Assembly (NCBI GenBank): GCA_963741205.1
Contig: CAVUHW010000027.1
Location: forward strand, 96,001 to 160,000
Source: Nitrospirota bacterium
Lineage (GTDB): Bacteria; Nitrospirota; UBA9217
DNA: 64,000 nucleotides
Reading direction: 5' to 3'
Shown here: positions 41,675-52,905 of the stretch, piece after piece
Layout: the number at the start of each line of letters is the position of its first letter
Position numbering within the stretch: the stretch's first letter is position 1
Notes under the pieces: model-generated
Told to the model about the DNA's origin: nothing
The model's database searches: none
Seen by the model: the letters and a program-made list of their open reading frames with translations, nothing else
Position numbers and translations under genes: made by a program

Positions 41675-42997
41675 ATGCAGAACAACATCCGAAGACAAGT
41701 CTTCTCCCTCGCCCTCCCCGTAGTCCTTTCCAGCCTTCTCCAGCGGTCCGTCGGCATCGTGGATATCTTTCTCGTAGGCGGCCTGGGCGCGTCCTCCATC
41801 GCCGCGGTCGGGATCGCGCAGGTTATGGTTTTCGCCGTCATGAGCCTCTCCTGGGGCATCAACATCGGCGTCACCGTTCTCGTTTCTCAATTATGGGGCG
41901 CGGATAGAAAAGGCGATGCCGCAAAAGCCGCGTACCAGGCGATGCTGCTCGCAGTCGTTGCCGCCGTCTTCATTACGGCCCTCGGGCTCTTATACGGCGG
42001 TGGCGTCGCCGCGCTCCTGGGCGCCCAGGCGGAGGTCCAGGGGATTCTTTCGGACTACGCAAGTATCATCTTCACGTTCATCCTCTTTACCATTTCCATC
42101 AATGTCCTCGCAGGGATCATGCACGGTACGGGGGATACGAAAACGCCGCTCTATGCCACCTTGATAGTGAATATCCTTCACGTGGTCGTTGCCTATCCGC
42201 TGATCTACGGTTACCTGGGATTCCCGAAGCTCGGCGTTAAGGGCGCAGCCATCGCCATCGCCGTATCCGAGTGCCTGGGGGCGACGTTCCTGTTCGTCCG
42301 CTCTTTGCACAAACGGTATATCGTCGTCAGCAGAGAAATTGAAAAGAAATATACCGTCATGATCATCAAGCTGGGGTATCCTATCTTCATAGACCGGCTG
42401 CTTCAGAACGCGGGGTCCCTGGCCTTCGCGAAAGTAATCCTGCTCTACGGCACGGCCGTGTATGCGGCCCACCAGGTAGGCCTGGCCATCGAAGCGTTCT
42501 CGTTCATGCCTGGCTACGGCATCGCCGTGGCGGCAGCGACCATGGTAGGCCAGAATCTCGGGGCGGGAAAGCCGGAGCATGCGAGAATTTCCGCTTACGA
42601 GGCGAACCGGTTTGCGGTCATACTCATGGCCGCGATGGGCCTGATATTCTTTTTCTTCCCCTACGGGCTCCTCCGCGCCTTCACGAGTGACCCGGAGGTG
42701 ATCAAATACGGCATCCTCTACATGAAGATCGTGGCCTTTGCCCAGGTCCCTCTTGCTATTACCATGGTGGTCGGAGGATCGCTCCGGGGAGCAGGGGACA
42801 CGGGATTCATCATGTTCGCGACCATTGCGGGTATGTGGCTCGTGCGCATACCCGCTGCGGCGCTGCTTGCAACGGTGTTCAAGGCTGAAATCCGGTTTGT
42901 CTGGTCGGTGATGATCGTCGACTGGCTTGTAAGGATGACGTTGCTTTTCTGGCGGTACCGGAAAGAAAGCTGGGGAAGACTTGAAAATATAAAATGA
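41675..42997 (+). CDS. MATE family efflux transporter
   Basis: About 12 TM; GDTKTPL, LGVKGAAIA, VGQNLGAG, LRGAGDT. Confidence 0.92.
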   Translation: MQNNIRRQVFSLALPVVLSSLLQRSVGIVDIFLVGGLGASSIAAVGIAQVMVFAVMSLSWGINIGVTVLVSQLWGADRKGDAAKAAYQAMLLAVVAAVFITALGLLYGGGVAALLGAQAEVQGILSDYASIIFTFILFTISINVLAGIMHGTGDTKTPLYATLIVNILHVVVAYPLIYGYLGFPKLGVKGAAIAIAVSECLGATFLFVRSLHKRYIVVSREIEKKYTVMIIKLGYPIFIDRLLQNAGSLAFAKVILLYGTAVYAAHQVGLAIEAFSFMPGYGIAVAAATMVGQNLGAGKPEHARISAYEANRFAVILMAAMGLIFFFFPYGLLRAFTSDPEVIKYGILYMKIVAFAQVPLAITMVVGGSLRGAGDTGFIMFATIAGMWLVRIPAAALLATVFKAEIRFVWSVMIVDWLVRMTLLFWRYRKESWGRLENIK

Positions 42998-43048
42998 TTC
43001 GAGATTTGTCGGATTGCGGAATGACGATTGAAAGAATAAGGAGGCTCT

Positions 43049-43267
43049 ATGCCTGATATTCAGAGTATGATCGGGAAGGAAGTAGAAGTCATCGCGAACG
43101 GGATGCGTTATACCGGCGTGTTGATAGAGGTCTCGGACGTCGAGGTGCACCTCAAAGGACCCTACCAGTGGATAGCGCTTCCCGTGTCATCGGTGAGCGA
43201 GGTGAAACTCAAAGAGGGTGTGAGGCCGGAGCCCGACCGGTTTAGCGACTGGGGGAAGGGTGAGTAG
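43049..43267 (+). CDS. Small hypothetical protein, possible Sm/LSm-like fold
   Basis: AGGAGG RBS; GKEVEV..YTGVLIEV..VHL beta-strand pattern. Confidence 0.6.
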   Translation: MPDIQSMIGKEVEVIANGMRYTGVLIEVSDVEVHLKGPYQWIALPVSSVSEVKLKEGVRPEPDRFSDWGKGE

Positions 43268-43269
43268 CG

Positions 43270-44630
43270 TCACGCCGTCTCGATCCTGAGTTTCTTCAGC
43301 TTCCGGTAAAGCGTGGCAAGGTCGATCCCCAGATTGCTCGGCTGTTGCTTCTTTGTTCCCCTTATTCTCCGCGAGGCTGCGGCGAATGTACTCCCGCTCG
43401 AATTCATCAAGCGCCTGCCGGAGCGACGACGTCGAGACCCCTTCGATGTCAAGCGTTCTGAACTTGTCCGGCAGGTCGTGCATGGTGATCATCTCACCGT
43501 CGGCGAGCACGGTCGCGCGCTCGATCGTGTTCCGGAGCTCCCGGATATTTCCCGGCCAGTCGTAGGCAAGCAGGGACTGCATGGCCTCATAGTCGATGTC
43601 CTTGATATTCTTCTCCGCTTCCTTCGCGGCGATGCCCAGGTAGTGCTTGATCAGGAGCGGGATGTCGTCGCGCCGCTCGCGAAGGGAGGGCATGTGGATC
43701 TCGATCACGTTCAGCCGGTAATAGAGGTCCTCCCGAAACCGGTTCTCCTTTACCCGCTGCATCAGGTCGGCGTTCGTCGCCGCGATGATCCTGACGTCCA
43801 CGGTGATGACGCGCGTATCTCCCACGGGAGTGAGTTCCTTCGTCTGGATGACATGGAGGAGCTTTACCTGCAGCGCCTGCGGCAGCTCACCGATTTCGTC
43901 CAGGAACAGGGTGCCGCCGTTCGCCATCGTGATGAGCCCCTTCTTGTCCTCATTCGCCGAGGTGAAGGCGCCTTTCTTGTGCCCGAAAAGCTCGCTTTCC
44001 AGCAGGTTTTCCGGGATGGCCCCGCAATTGATGGAGATGAACGGTTTGTCCTTGCGCGGCCCCGCCTCGTGGATCGCCTGCGCCACGAGCCCTTTCCCGG
44101 TCCCGCTCTCGCCGGTGATCAGGATGTTGCTCTTGTTCGGGATCACCTTTTCCATGAAGGTAAAGACCTTCTGCATGGGCTCTGAGTTCCCGATGATGTT
44201 GACGAAGGCGTCGCGCCGCTGGCTCAGTTCCTGGCGCAGGATCTCGTTTTCCATCCGGAGGTCGCGGCTTTGGAGCAGGCGTTTGATCGTCAGCCTGATT
44301 TCGTCGTTGAGGAAAGGTTTCGTGATGTAATCGGCGGCGCCGGCGCGCATCGCCTCGACGGCGGATCCGACCGACGCAAAAGCGGTCATCATGATGACAG
44401 CCGTCTCGGGGCTGATCTTCTGCGCCTGCTTCAGGACCTCGAAGCCGTCCATTTTTTCCATCTTGATGTCGGTCATGACGACATCGAAGTTCTCCTGTCT
44501 TGATCCGCTCGACGGCCTGTTCGCCGTTGTACGCCTCCTTGACGGAATAACCCTCCTTGGTAAGAAGAATATTCAAGGCCATGCAGATGTCCTTCTCATC
44601 GTCGACGATCAGGATGTTCGCTTTTTCCAT
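43270..44630 (-). CDS. Sigma54-dependent response regulator (NtrC family; two frameshifts)
   Basis: Receiver ILIVDDE, GESGTGK, ESELFGHKKGAFT, FREDLYYRL, WPGNIREL, Fis-type HTH LGIDLATLYRKL. Confidence 0.92.
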
Positions 44631-44677
44631 GGACGCTCCTTCGTATTGAGCTTCAAGCTATGCTCGATCCTCTCACG

Positions 44678-46921
44678 TTACGCATCAACTTCAACCGGGA
44701 GCACGATGGTGAAGACCGTGCCTTTTCCGACTTCGCTTTCAACCTGGATATCGCCTTTAAAACGCCTGACGATGTCGTAGCTCAGGGAAAGGCCGAGGCC
44801 GGTGCCTTTGCCGGCCTCCTTGGTCGTGTAGAAAGGATCGAAGATTTTCTGAATATCGGACCGGGGGATTCCCGTTCCGCTGTCGGCGAAGGATACCATG
44901 ATGGCTTCGTTGCCCTGGTCGTCGCGCCCCCGCCGCGTGACGACGCTCAAGGTGCCGCCGTCGGGCATGGCATCGAGGGCGTTGATGATGATATTGATGA
45001 AGACCTGGGATCATCTGTCCTTCGTCGACCAGGACTTTGGGGAGTTCCGGATCGAAGGACATGGTGATTGCAACCGAGCTTTTCATGCGTTTGTCGAGAC
45101 GCATGAGATCGAGTGTCGCATTCAGGACGTCGTTCAGCTGGACGCTCCTTGATGGTGAGCGATCCGCCCGGGCGAAGGTCGCCATGCGGCGGACGATGTC
45201 CGTTATTCTCTGGATGTGCGTGTTGATGATTTCCAGGCTTTTCTGGGTAAACTCGTCCTGTCGCCATCTCTTGCATCATCTGGGCAAAGGAGGAGATGGA
45301 AGTGAGCGGATTGCCGATCTCATGAGCCACACCGGCCGCGAGCCTGCCCAGGGCTGCGAGCTTCTCGGAATGGAGGACCTGCTGCTCCAGCTTCTTCGTC
45401 GTGGCCGTACCCTTGTCCACCTTGTCCTCGAGTTCTACGGTATATTGTTTGAGCGCCTCTTCCAGCTGCACTCGCTTGGTCACGTCGTTGCTCGTGATCA
45501 GGATGCCGGGGGTCTTTCCGTCGACCAGGAGCGGACTGATAGTCATGGTGAAATACATGGGGGACTGCTGCAGTCCCGTAACCTTGTAGTCGCGGAGTTC
45601 GAAGGTGCGGCCTTCCAGCGCTTTCTGCAGGATGGCCTCGAGCGGAATCCCTTCATAGGGGGCGAGGCCGCCGGGGAAGAGGGGGAAGAACGGTTTGCCG
45701 ATGATCTCCAGCTTGCGAAGGCCGAGGGTCCTCGCCTGCGCCGAGTTCGCCGTCCGGACGATAAGTTCCTTGTCGAGGACCATGAGGTTCGTTATGGTGT
45801 TTTCAATGATGTTTTCGAGGTAGATCTTCGAGATTTCGATCTCCCGTTCCAGCCTGCGCTGATTTTCGAGGTGTTTCTCCTTTTCCTCCACTTTGATCTT
45901 CTTTTTATACGTCACGACAATGGCTGCGGAGGCGGTGAGCGTCGTGATGAAAATGGCGAGGATCAGGAGGGAATAAAAAAGCCTGCTCTTCTGCATGAGC
46001 GCGATGACGTCCGAGTAGGGCGCGGAGACGACGACGATCCAGGATTTCAGCGCGATCGGAAATTTATAAAATGCCGCAAGCTTGTTTTCACCTCCCGGGG
46101 CTTCATAGTAGCCGAAGGTTTCCTCCCTGCCCTCGATCATCTTCTTCTCCATGTCGAAGGATTTGTGGCACTGGAAACAGGACTTGTTCGGTCCGGTAGA
46201 GATTTTTGCCCACCATCTGCGGCTGCATGGGATGGTAGAGCAGGGTGCCATCGCTGTCCATCATCCAGGCATAGCCGCGCGTGCCCGACTTGACGGGAGC
46301 AAGGTAGCGCTCCGTAATGCCTTCCATCGAGAGCACGGCAAGCACGGCCCCGTTGAATTCCGGCGCAGCTTGATTCTTCGTCTGACGGTAGATGGGGACG
46401 GCCACGATGAATTCTTTGGTATCCTCGCCGGGACTATGGATGTCGAGCAGGTCGGTGACCAGCTTTTCGTTCTTGGGGAGAACCCGCGTCTTTTTGAAGT
46501 AATCGGTCTTCGAGAGGTCCACTCGCTCCCTGCCGGGATAGGCGCTGTCGTAGCGTACGATGCCTTCACGGTCGAGTATGCGGATCGTGACGAGCGCTTC
46601 GTTCCGGAGGCTGAAGTTGATCGACTCTACGGCGCTGCGGCTTTGCTGACTGAGATGAACGCGATCGATGTCGGGAAGCTGGGCAATGATGCGGATGTTC
46701 TTGTACACGTGGTCGATGAGACTTTCGATGTTCATCGCCACTTGGCGCGACAGGAGGAGCTGCTGCGCGTTGAACTGGTCCGCCATCTCCTCCTGGAGGG
46801 ACTGATGGAAAAACTGCCCGAGGATGATAATGACGGAAAGGACAACGATGAGGGCAAAAATAAACCCGGTGGAGGCGAGGAGTTCCTTTTGCCGGAGCGA
46901 ACGGATAATGCGTTGAAACAT
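44678..46921 (-). CDS. Sensor histidine kinase with periplasmic Cache-like domain carrying CxxCH, PAS, HisKA and HATPase (frameshifted)
   Basis: Two TM helices, YAWMMDSDGTLLYHP, CFQCH, AAGVAHEIGNPL, FDPFYTTK..GTGLGL. Confidence 0.88.
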
Positions 46922-47032
46922 AGGATAATTTAAAGCTAATAACCGCGAAAGTCAAGTGGTTAACGCCGGGGTTGTGGCATGACCTCTCTCCGTCGGGAAA
47001 CGGGAACAGCCGGGGAGGTCAAGAGGGCGAAG

Positions 47033-47404
47033 TCAAGAACCGAATATTTTTTTTACCTTGGCCAGAACTTCCATGGGGCTGAAGGGCTTAATGATGTATT
47101 CATCCGCGCCGACGCTCCGGCCGCGCTCCTGTTCCGCCGACTGTCCCTTGGCGGTCAGCATGATCACGTAGATGCCTTTGAGGTCGGGGTCGCTCTTGAT
47201 GATCCGGCAAACCTCATAGCCGCTCATTTCGGGCATCATGATATCGAGAAAGAGTATATCAGGACGGATGTCGCTGGCTTTTGCCAACGCTTCAGCGCCG
47301 TCTTTGGCCAGCCAGAGCTTGTATCCTTCATCTTCGAGAAGATAGGTGAGAGCTTCCCTGATGTTTTCGTTATCGTCGGCTATGAGAATTTTTTTTTGCG
47401 TCAT
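47033..47404 (-). CDS. Single-domain response regulator
   Basis: ILIADD, FLDIMMP, MLTAKG, YIIKPFSP. Confidence 0.9.
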   Translation of the reverse strand: MTQKKILIADDNENIREALTYLLEDEGYKLWLAKDGAEALAKASDIRPDILFLDIMMPEMSGYEVCRIIKSDPDLKGIYVIMLTAKGQSAEQERGRSVGADEYIIKPFSPMEVLAKVKKIFGS

Positions 47405-47573
47405 GTGATCGAGGGAATGCCGGAAATATTTGCAAACTGAAAAAGAGATTAACGTCAAAATATTTATTTGTCAAGCGGGAAATAGCGGAAAATAGACGGA
47501 AATATTAAAGTTGCAAAGGGAAGCATTCACGTGTACAATTTTGTCGCGTTCAGATTATAACGAGGTGCATAAC

Positions 47574-48959
47574 GTGGACTTTGACGTCGATTATGCCGCA
47601 GTACTGAAAAAGGCCCTCTCCGGAGGCGGCGTATACGCCGATATTTTTATCGAGCGGAGTTCCTCCTTTTCCCTGGTCTGCGAGGACAGCAGGATCGAAA
47701 AGGCCGTTTCCGGTCTCGATCTTGGCGCGGGGGTGCGCCTGATCTTCGAACACCGGACGGCCTATGCCTACACTAACGACATCTCGACGGCATCCCTCCT
47801 TGAGACAGCCGACGCAGTTCGGCAGGCGGCGCGCGGGGAGTCTTCTCCTGACGACATCAACCTTTGCAGAAAACAGCCCCGCTTCGATTTTGCCGTATTA
47901 AAAGCACCGGAGGACGTCGATGCTGCCCGGAAGGCCGAGATGGTGCTCCGGGCGGACAGGGTGGCACGCTCGTTCGACCGGCGCATCAGACAGGCGCTCG
48001 TTTCCTATCGAGAGCATCTCCAGCAGGTCCTGATCGCGACTTCCGACGGCCTCATTGCCCAGGACGACCGCAGGTACCTGACGGCGCTCGTGCATGTCGT
48101 GGCTGCGGAAGGGGAGGCGGTGCAGACGGGATACGAACCCGTGGGGGGAAACACGGGCATGGAGCTCTTCGACCATGCTCCCCTCGAAGGAGCGGCGGAG
48201 ACGGCGGCCCGCCGCGCCGTGATGATGCTGTCCGCGCGCAAGGCGCCGGCGGGAAGAATGCCGGTGGTCCTTTCCTCCGAGGCCGGCGGCACCATGATCC
48301 ACGAGGCCGTCGGGCACGGCCTGGAGGCCGACCTTGCGCAGTCGGGGCTGTCGGTATATTCAAACCGGCTGGGCGAGCGGATTGCCTCGCCGCTTATCAC
48401 CGTGCTTGACGACGCGACGCTCCCGGGAAGGCGCGGGTCCTTTCGATTCGACGACGAGGGCATGGACGCCGAACGCACGGTTCTGGTCGATCAAGGCATC
48501 CTCAAAACATTCATGTACGACAGGCTGACGGCCATGAAAGACAGTGCCCGCTCGACCGGCAACGGCAGGCGCGAATCCTACAAGCATCGTCCGATTCCAA
48601 GGATGACAAATACCATGATCGCGCCTGGCGCGTCGGACCCCGGGGAGATCCTCCGGGAAACCCCGCGCGGCCTTTTCGTCAGAAAGATGGGAGGCGGACA
48701 GGTCAATACGGTGAATGGAGATTTTGTCTTCGAGGTGAGCGAGGGATATCTGATCGAAAACGGAAAGCTCGGCGAGCCGGTGCGGGGGGCGAACTTGACG
48801 GGGAACGGACCGCAGGTGCTCGCATCCATCGACAGAGTCGGGTCCGATCTTGGTTTTTCCATCGGCACCTGCGGAAAAGACGGGCAGGGGTCACCGGTTG
48901 GCGACGCCCAGCCGACGCTCAGGATACCGGAGATCACGGTGGGGGGAGAAGTCGCATAG
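47574..48959 (+). CDS. tldD: TldD/PmbA family metalloprotease
   Basis: IHEAVGHGLEAD, FDDEG, GNGRRES, PRMTNT, GTCGKDGQ. Confidence 0.92.
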   Translation: MDFDVDYAAVLKKALSGGGVYADIFIERSSSFSLVCEDSRIEKAVSGLDLGAGVRLIFEHRTAYAYTNDISTASLLETADAVRQAARGESSPDDINLCRKQPRFDFAVLKAPEDVDAARKAEMVLRADRVARSFDRRIRQALVSYREHLQQVLIATSDGLIAQDDRRYLTALVHVVAAEGEAVQTGYEPVGGNTGMELFDHAPLEGAAETAARRAVMMLSARKAPAGRMPVVLSSEAGGTMIHEAVGHGLEADLAQSGLSVYSNRLGERIASPLITVLDDATLPGRRGSFRFDDEGMDAERTVLVDQGILKTFMYDRLTAMKDSARSTGNGRRESYKHRPIPRMTNTMIAPGASDPGEILRETPRGLFVRKMGGGQVNTVNGDFVFEVSEGYLIENGKLGEPVRGANLTGNGPQVLASIDRVGSDLGFSIGTCGKDGQGSPVGDAQPTLRIPEITVGGEVA

Positions 48960-48984
48960 AACAAATTCTTAAGTAAGGAATCAA

Positions 48985-49085
48985 CACCTTGACGCCGCGA
49001 AGGCGCTAATGTCGCGAAGGAGAGCAAAAGATTCTTTCGGTTTTAAAAACGCGCATCAAGGATTCTCTTTGCGGCCTTCGTGCCT
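48985..49085. repeat. Degenerate inverted nonamer arrays (CGCGAAG/CTTTGCG family)
   Basis: GCCGCGAAGGCGCTAATGTCGCGAAG ... CTTTGCGGCCTTCGTG; related to the inner arrays at 54281-54388. Confidence 0.55.
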
Positions 49086-49136
49086 GGTAAATTATCTTTC
49101 CATTCTGATCTGAGTAAAAATAGCTCCTCACTGACT

Positions 49137-49625
49137 ATGATACGCACGGCAATCATAACCTTAAGCGACAAGGGCTCAAAAGGCGAGCGGGTGGACGAGA
49201 GCGGGCAAGTCATCCGCGAGATGATAGCAAGCATCGGCGCCGTCGTCAATCACTACGAAATTCTTCCCGATGTAAAAGAGCTTATCGTCGAGGAGCTGAA
49301 ACTCCTGTCCGATTCCTGCACGGTAGACCTCATCATCACCACCGGCGGCACCGGCGTGGCTCCCCGAGATGTGACGCCGGAAGCGACACTCGCCGTCATC
49401 GACCGCGAACTTCCCGGCATGGCCGAGGCCATGCGCTCCGAGAGCCTCAAGAAAACACCCAACGCCATGATTTCACGCGCCGTCGCGGGCATCAGAAGAC
49501 AGACGCTCATCGTGAACCTCCCCGGCAGCCCCAGGGCGGTGCGTGAAAACCTCGCTGTGGTTCTTCCTGCGCTTCCTCATGCGATTGAGAAAATCAAAGG
49601 CGACCCGTCTGACTGCGGGAGATAA
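49137..49625 (+). CDS. mog: Molybdopterin adenylyltransferase (MogA/MoaB family)
   Basis: TLSDKG, TTGGTG.APRDVTPEAT, NLPGSP. Confidence 0.88.
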   Translation: MIRTAIITLSDKGSKGERVDESGQVIREMIASIGAVVNHYEILPDVKELIVEELKLLSDSCTVDLIITTGGTGVAPRDVTPEATLAVIDRELPGMAEAMRSESLKKTPNAMISRAVAGIRRQTLIVNLPGSPRAVRENLAVVLPALPHAIEKIKGDPSDCGR

Positions 49626-50022
49626 TTGAAGACAGTTGTTTGGAAGATGGGGCGCGATGTGCGTGTCAGAGCCAGCCTGCTGAAACTTATCCGGACGTAA
49701 TACCTTCTAACGAGCTGAATCTTAAAAACCAAATTTGTTATCAATATGTTTAGCATATTTATCCTCCTTCGCAGCTTCATTTGGTAACTCCCAGTCCGTT
49801 TTTTTATAATTTAAATTCATTAATATCTCTTAAATAACAGTAAAATAATGGCTTTGATTTAACAACTTACTTCAACTTTATGGTCAGCCTCTACTGTCAT
49901 TAAACCCTTCTTAATTACAGTTAAAGTGCATACAATAATAAAACAAGCCGCAACTCTTCTAAGCTAAACTTTGAATCGACAAAAGAGATAAACTTTCAGC
50001 GAGCCTACGAGCCGCCTTTCCG

Positions 50023-50051
50023 TTGACAATCCAGGATAGATAGTATAAAAT
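50023..50051 (+). promoter_or_regulatory. Sigma70-type promoter
   Basis: TTGACA-17nt-TAAAAT. Confidence 0.6.
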
Positions 50052-50129
50052 TTCGACACTCAAACGCCGGATTCTGTTATGTTCCCGGTGATGCCGCTTG
50101 GCCCGTCACCATCATCATGAGGAGTTTGC

Positions 50130-50882
50130 ATGTTTTGTCCCCACTGCGGTAAAGAAATATCTGAAGGCCAGGCATTCTGCCCGCACTGCGGCATGCGGCT
50201 TGGAGAACCCGCGCCGCTCCCATCCGGAGGAAGAACAAGGACTCCCTGGGAGGACCGCGAGAACGTCGGCTTCCTCTCCGGCTTATTCAAGACCCTGAAA
50301 GAAGTCCTTTTCGCGCCCTCGGACTTCTTCAGGAAGATGCCCGTGACCGGCGGGTTGACGGACCCGCTGCTCTATGCGCTGATCATCGGCATGGCGGGCC
50401 TGATGTTTTTTTATTTTTGGGACACCCTGCTCCATGATTCCATGCAGCATTTCATGACCCGTGAACTTCGGGACGTGTCTGAGCGAGGCATGTTCAGGGA
50501 TCAGGGCCCTTTCGCGACAGCCCTGACTCCTTTTTTACTCATCCTCTGGCTCTTTGTCGCATCCGGCCTACTCCACGTGTTTCTCCTCCTGGTTCGAGGC
50601 GCAAAGGCCGGCTTTGAGGCGACATTCCGGGTTGTGGGATACAGTTTATCGCCCTTTGTCTTCCTGATTATCCCGGTCTGCGGCATGCCGGTCACGGCAT
50701 TGTGGAGCATAACGCTTGCCGTCATCGGCCTCAAGGAAGCGCACGAGACGTCGGGCGGTAAGGCGGTTGTAGCAATTCTTTTTCCCTTCCTTCTCTGCTG
50801 CGGCATTCTCACTGCGACCATAATGGTATTCATGGGCGCCATAGCGGCGTCCTTCGGCAGCATGATGCATGGGTATTGGTAG
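50130..50882 (+). CDS. Zinc-ribbon plus Yip1-like membrane protein
   Basis: CPHCG..FCPHCG, TPWEDR, P.DFF, FEATFRVVGY, about 5 TM. Confidence 0.8.
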   Translation: MFCPHCGKEISEGQAFCPHCGMRLGEPAPLPSGGRTRTPWEDRENVGFLSGLFKTLKEVLFAPSDFFRKMPVTGGLTDPLLYALIIGMAGLMFFYFWDTLLHDSMQHFMTRELRDVSERGMFRDQGPFATALTPFLLILWLFVASGLLHVFLLLVRGAKAGFEATFRVVGYSLSPFVFLIIPVCGMPVTALWSITLAVIGLKEAHETSGGKAVVAILFPFLLCCGILTATIMVFMGAIAASFGSMMHGYW

Positions 50883-50902
50883 GTAAACTCATAGTTTACG
50901 GT

Positions 50903-51310
50903 ATGCGGATCATCTTCGAAAAGAGGACCCCCGGCCAGATCGAGTTCGGCATCATCTACGGCGGGATCGCCCTGCTTGCCCTTCTTGCTGCCCGGCTCGA
51001 CCGGGCATTATCAATGGCGCCAACCTGTGTCTTCAAGGGACTCTCCGGACTTCCCTGTCCCACCTGCGGCTCCACGCGGTCGTTGGTGCATCTGTCTCAT
51101 GGCGACATCGTTTCCGCCCTGACCATGAACCCTATCGTCACCCTTGCCGTCGTTTTCGCTATCCTCTTTTTTTTCTACGCCTTGATCACGCTGATATTCA
51201 ACTTTCGGAGGATCGGATTCCTCTTAACGGAGCGTGAGAAAGACACCATAAGAATCACAGCAGTGGTCCTCCTTCTCGCCCAGTGGGGCTGGCTTATTCG
51301 AACGATCTAG
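50903..51310 (+). CDS. DUF2752-like membrane protein
   Basis: CVFKGLSGLPCPTCGSTRS..HGD...NP. Confidence 0.8.
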   Translation: MRIIFEKRTPGQIEFGIIYGGIALLALLAARLDRALSMAPTCVFKGLSGLPCPTCGSTRSLVHLSHGDIVSALTMNPIVTLAVVFAILFFFYALITLIFNFRRIGFLLTEREKDTIRITAVVLLLAQWGWLIRTI

Positions 51311-51416
51311 AAAATCACTGAAATTAATTTTTGTCCCGACTCAAGGGACACGGCTGCCATAACCGCCGGAGTTTTTGATTGCAAAGAGCCCTGAATTCCG
51401 TTACAATTCAGACCCT

Positions 51417-52886
51417 ATGGCATACGAATCACTAAGAGATTTCATATCCGTCCTGGAAAAGAACGGCGAACTCGTCCGAATCAAGGCTGAAGTGGACGCG
51501 GAACTGGAGATTGCGGAGATCACGGACCGCGTTTCGAAAGAAAAGGGGACCGCCAACAAGGCCCTTTTCTTCGAGAAGGTCAAAGGATCGAAATTCCCCG
51601 TCCTCACCAATGCCTTCGGTTCCATGAAGCGCATGTGCCTCGCCCTCGAGGTTTCGGAACTCGACGACATCGGACAGCGGGTCAAGGAGATCATCGATCC
51701 CACGAATCTCTTTCCGGGGCCGGGGGCAGGGATCATGGAAAAACTGCAGACTCTGCCGAAGCTGGCGGAACTCGCCAATTTTTTCCCCAAGACCGTGAAG
51801 AAGGCCCCCTGCCAGGAAATCGTTCTAACGGGCGAACAGGTAGACCTGTTTAAAATTCCCGTGCTCAAGTGCTGGCCCGCGGACGGGGGGCGGTTCATCA
51901 CGCTTCCCATGGTCTGCACCGTCGATCCGGCCACGAGGATCACGAACGTCGGCATGTACCGGATGCAGGTCTTCGATCACCAGACCACGGGCATGCACTG
52001 GCACAAACACAAGGACGGCGCGCGCCACTACCAGCACTACGAGGCCGCGGGCAAGCGTATGGAAGTGGCCGTTGCCATCGGCGGCGACCCCGCAATCATC
52101 TATTCCTCCACCGCGCCCCTGCCTCCGGCCATCGGCGAGTTTATCTTCGCCGGATTCCTGCGAAAGAAGCCGCTCGAGGTCGTCCCGTGCAAGACCGTAG
52201 ACATCCGGGTGCCGGCTGAGGCCGAATTCATACTTGAGGGCTTCGTCGATCCGGGTGAACGAAGGAGGGAAGGGCCGTTCGGAGACCATACCGGTTACTA
52301 TTCCGAGGCCGACCAGTACCCTGTGTTCCACATAACGGCGATCACTCACCGGAAAGACGCCATCTACCCCGCAACCCTGGTAGGGCGTCCGCCGCAGGAA
52401 GACGCCTATCTCGGCAAGGCGACCGAGCGGATATTCCTGCCGCTCCTCCAGATGGTTGCGCCCGACATCCTGGACATGGACATGCCGGTCGAGGGGGTGT
52501 TCCACAACAACGTGATCGTGAAGATCAGAAAAAGGTATGCCGGCCACGGCAAGAAGGTGATCAACACGATCTGGGGTACGGGCATGCTCATGCTCTCCAA
52601 GTTCGTCGTCGTTTGCGACGAGGACGTGAATATCCACGACTATTCCGAAGTGACGTGGAAGGTCATGAACCACGTAGACCCGCAGCGCGACGTGGTGATC
52701 GCCGACGGACCGCTCGACATCCTCGATCACTCCTGCCCGCAGATCGGCTTCGGGGGCAAGATGGGAATCGACGCCACGCGCAAAGGGCCCGGGGAAGGCT
52801 TCATGAGGCCCTGGCCGGACGAGATCAGGATGGACCCGCAAGTCCAACAGCGGGTGGAAGAGCGGTGGAAGGAGTACGGGTTCTAG
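51417..52886 (+). CDS. ubiD: UbiD-family decarboxylase (menaquinone biosynthesis type)
   Basis: NVGMYR, MHWHKHK, EGPFGDHTGYY, GRPPQED, KMGIDAT. Confidence 0.88.
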   Translation: MAYESLRDFISVLEKNGELVRIKAEVDAELEIAEITDRVSKEKGTANKALFFEKVKGSKFPVLTNAFGSMKRMCLALEVSELDDIGQRVKEIIDPTNLFPGPGAGIMEKLQTLPKLAELANFFPKTVKKAPCQEIVLTGEQVDLFKIPVLKCWPADGGRFITLPMVCTVDPATRITNVGMYRMQVFDHQTTGMHWHKHKDGARHYQHYEAAGKRMEVAVAIGGDPAIIYSSTAPLPPAIGEFIFAGFLRKKPLEVVPCKTVDIRVPAEAEFILEGFVDPGERRREGPFGDHTGYYSEADQYPVFHITAITHRKDAIYPATLVGRPPQEDAYLGKATERIFLPLLQMVAPDILDMDMPVEGVFHNNVIVKIRKRYAGHGKKVINTIWGTGMLMLSKFVVVCDEDVNIHDYSEVTWKVMNHVDPQRDVVIADGPLDILDHSCPQIGFGGKMGIDATRKGPGEGFMRPWPDEIRMDPQVQQRVEERWKEYGF

Positions 52887-52905
52887 GACAAACACCAACC
52901 CATCT

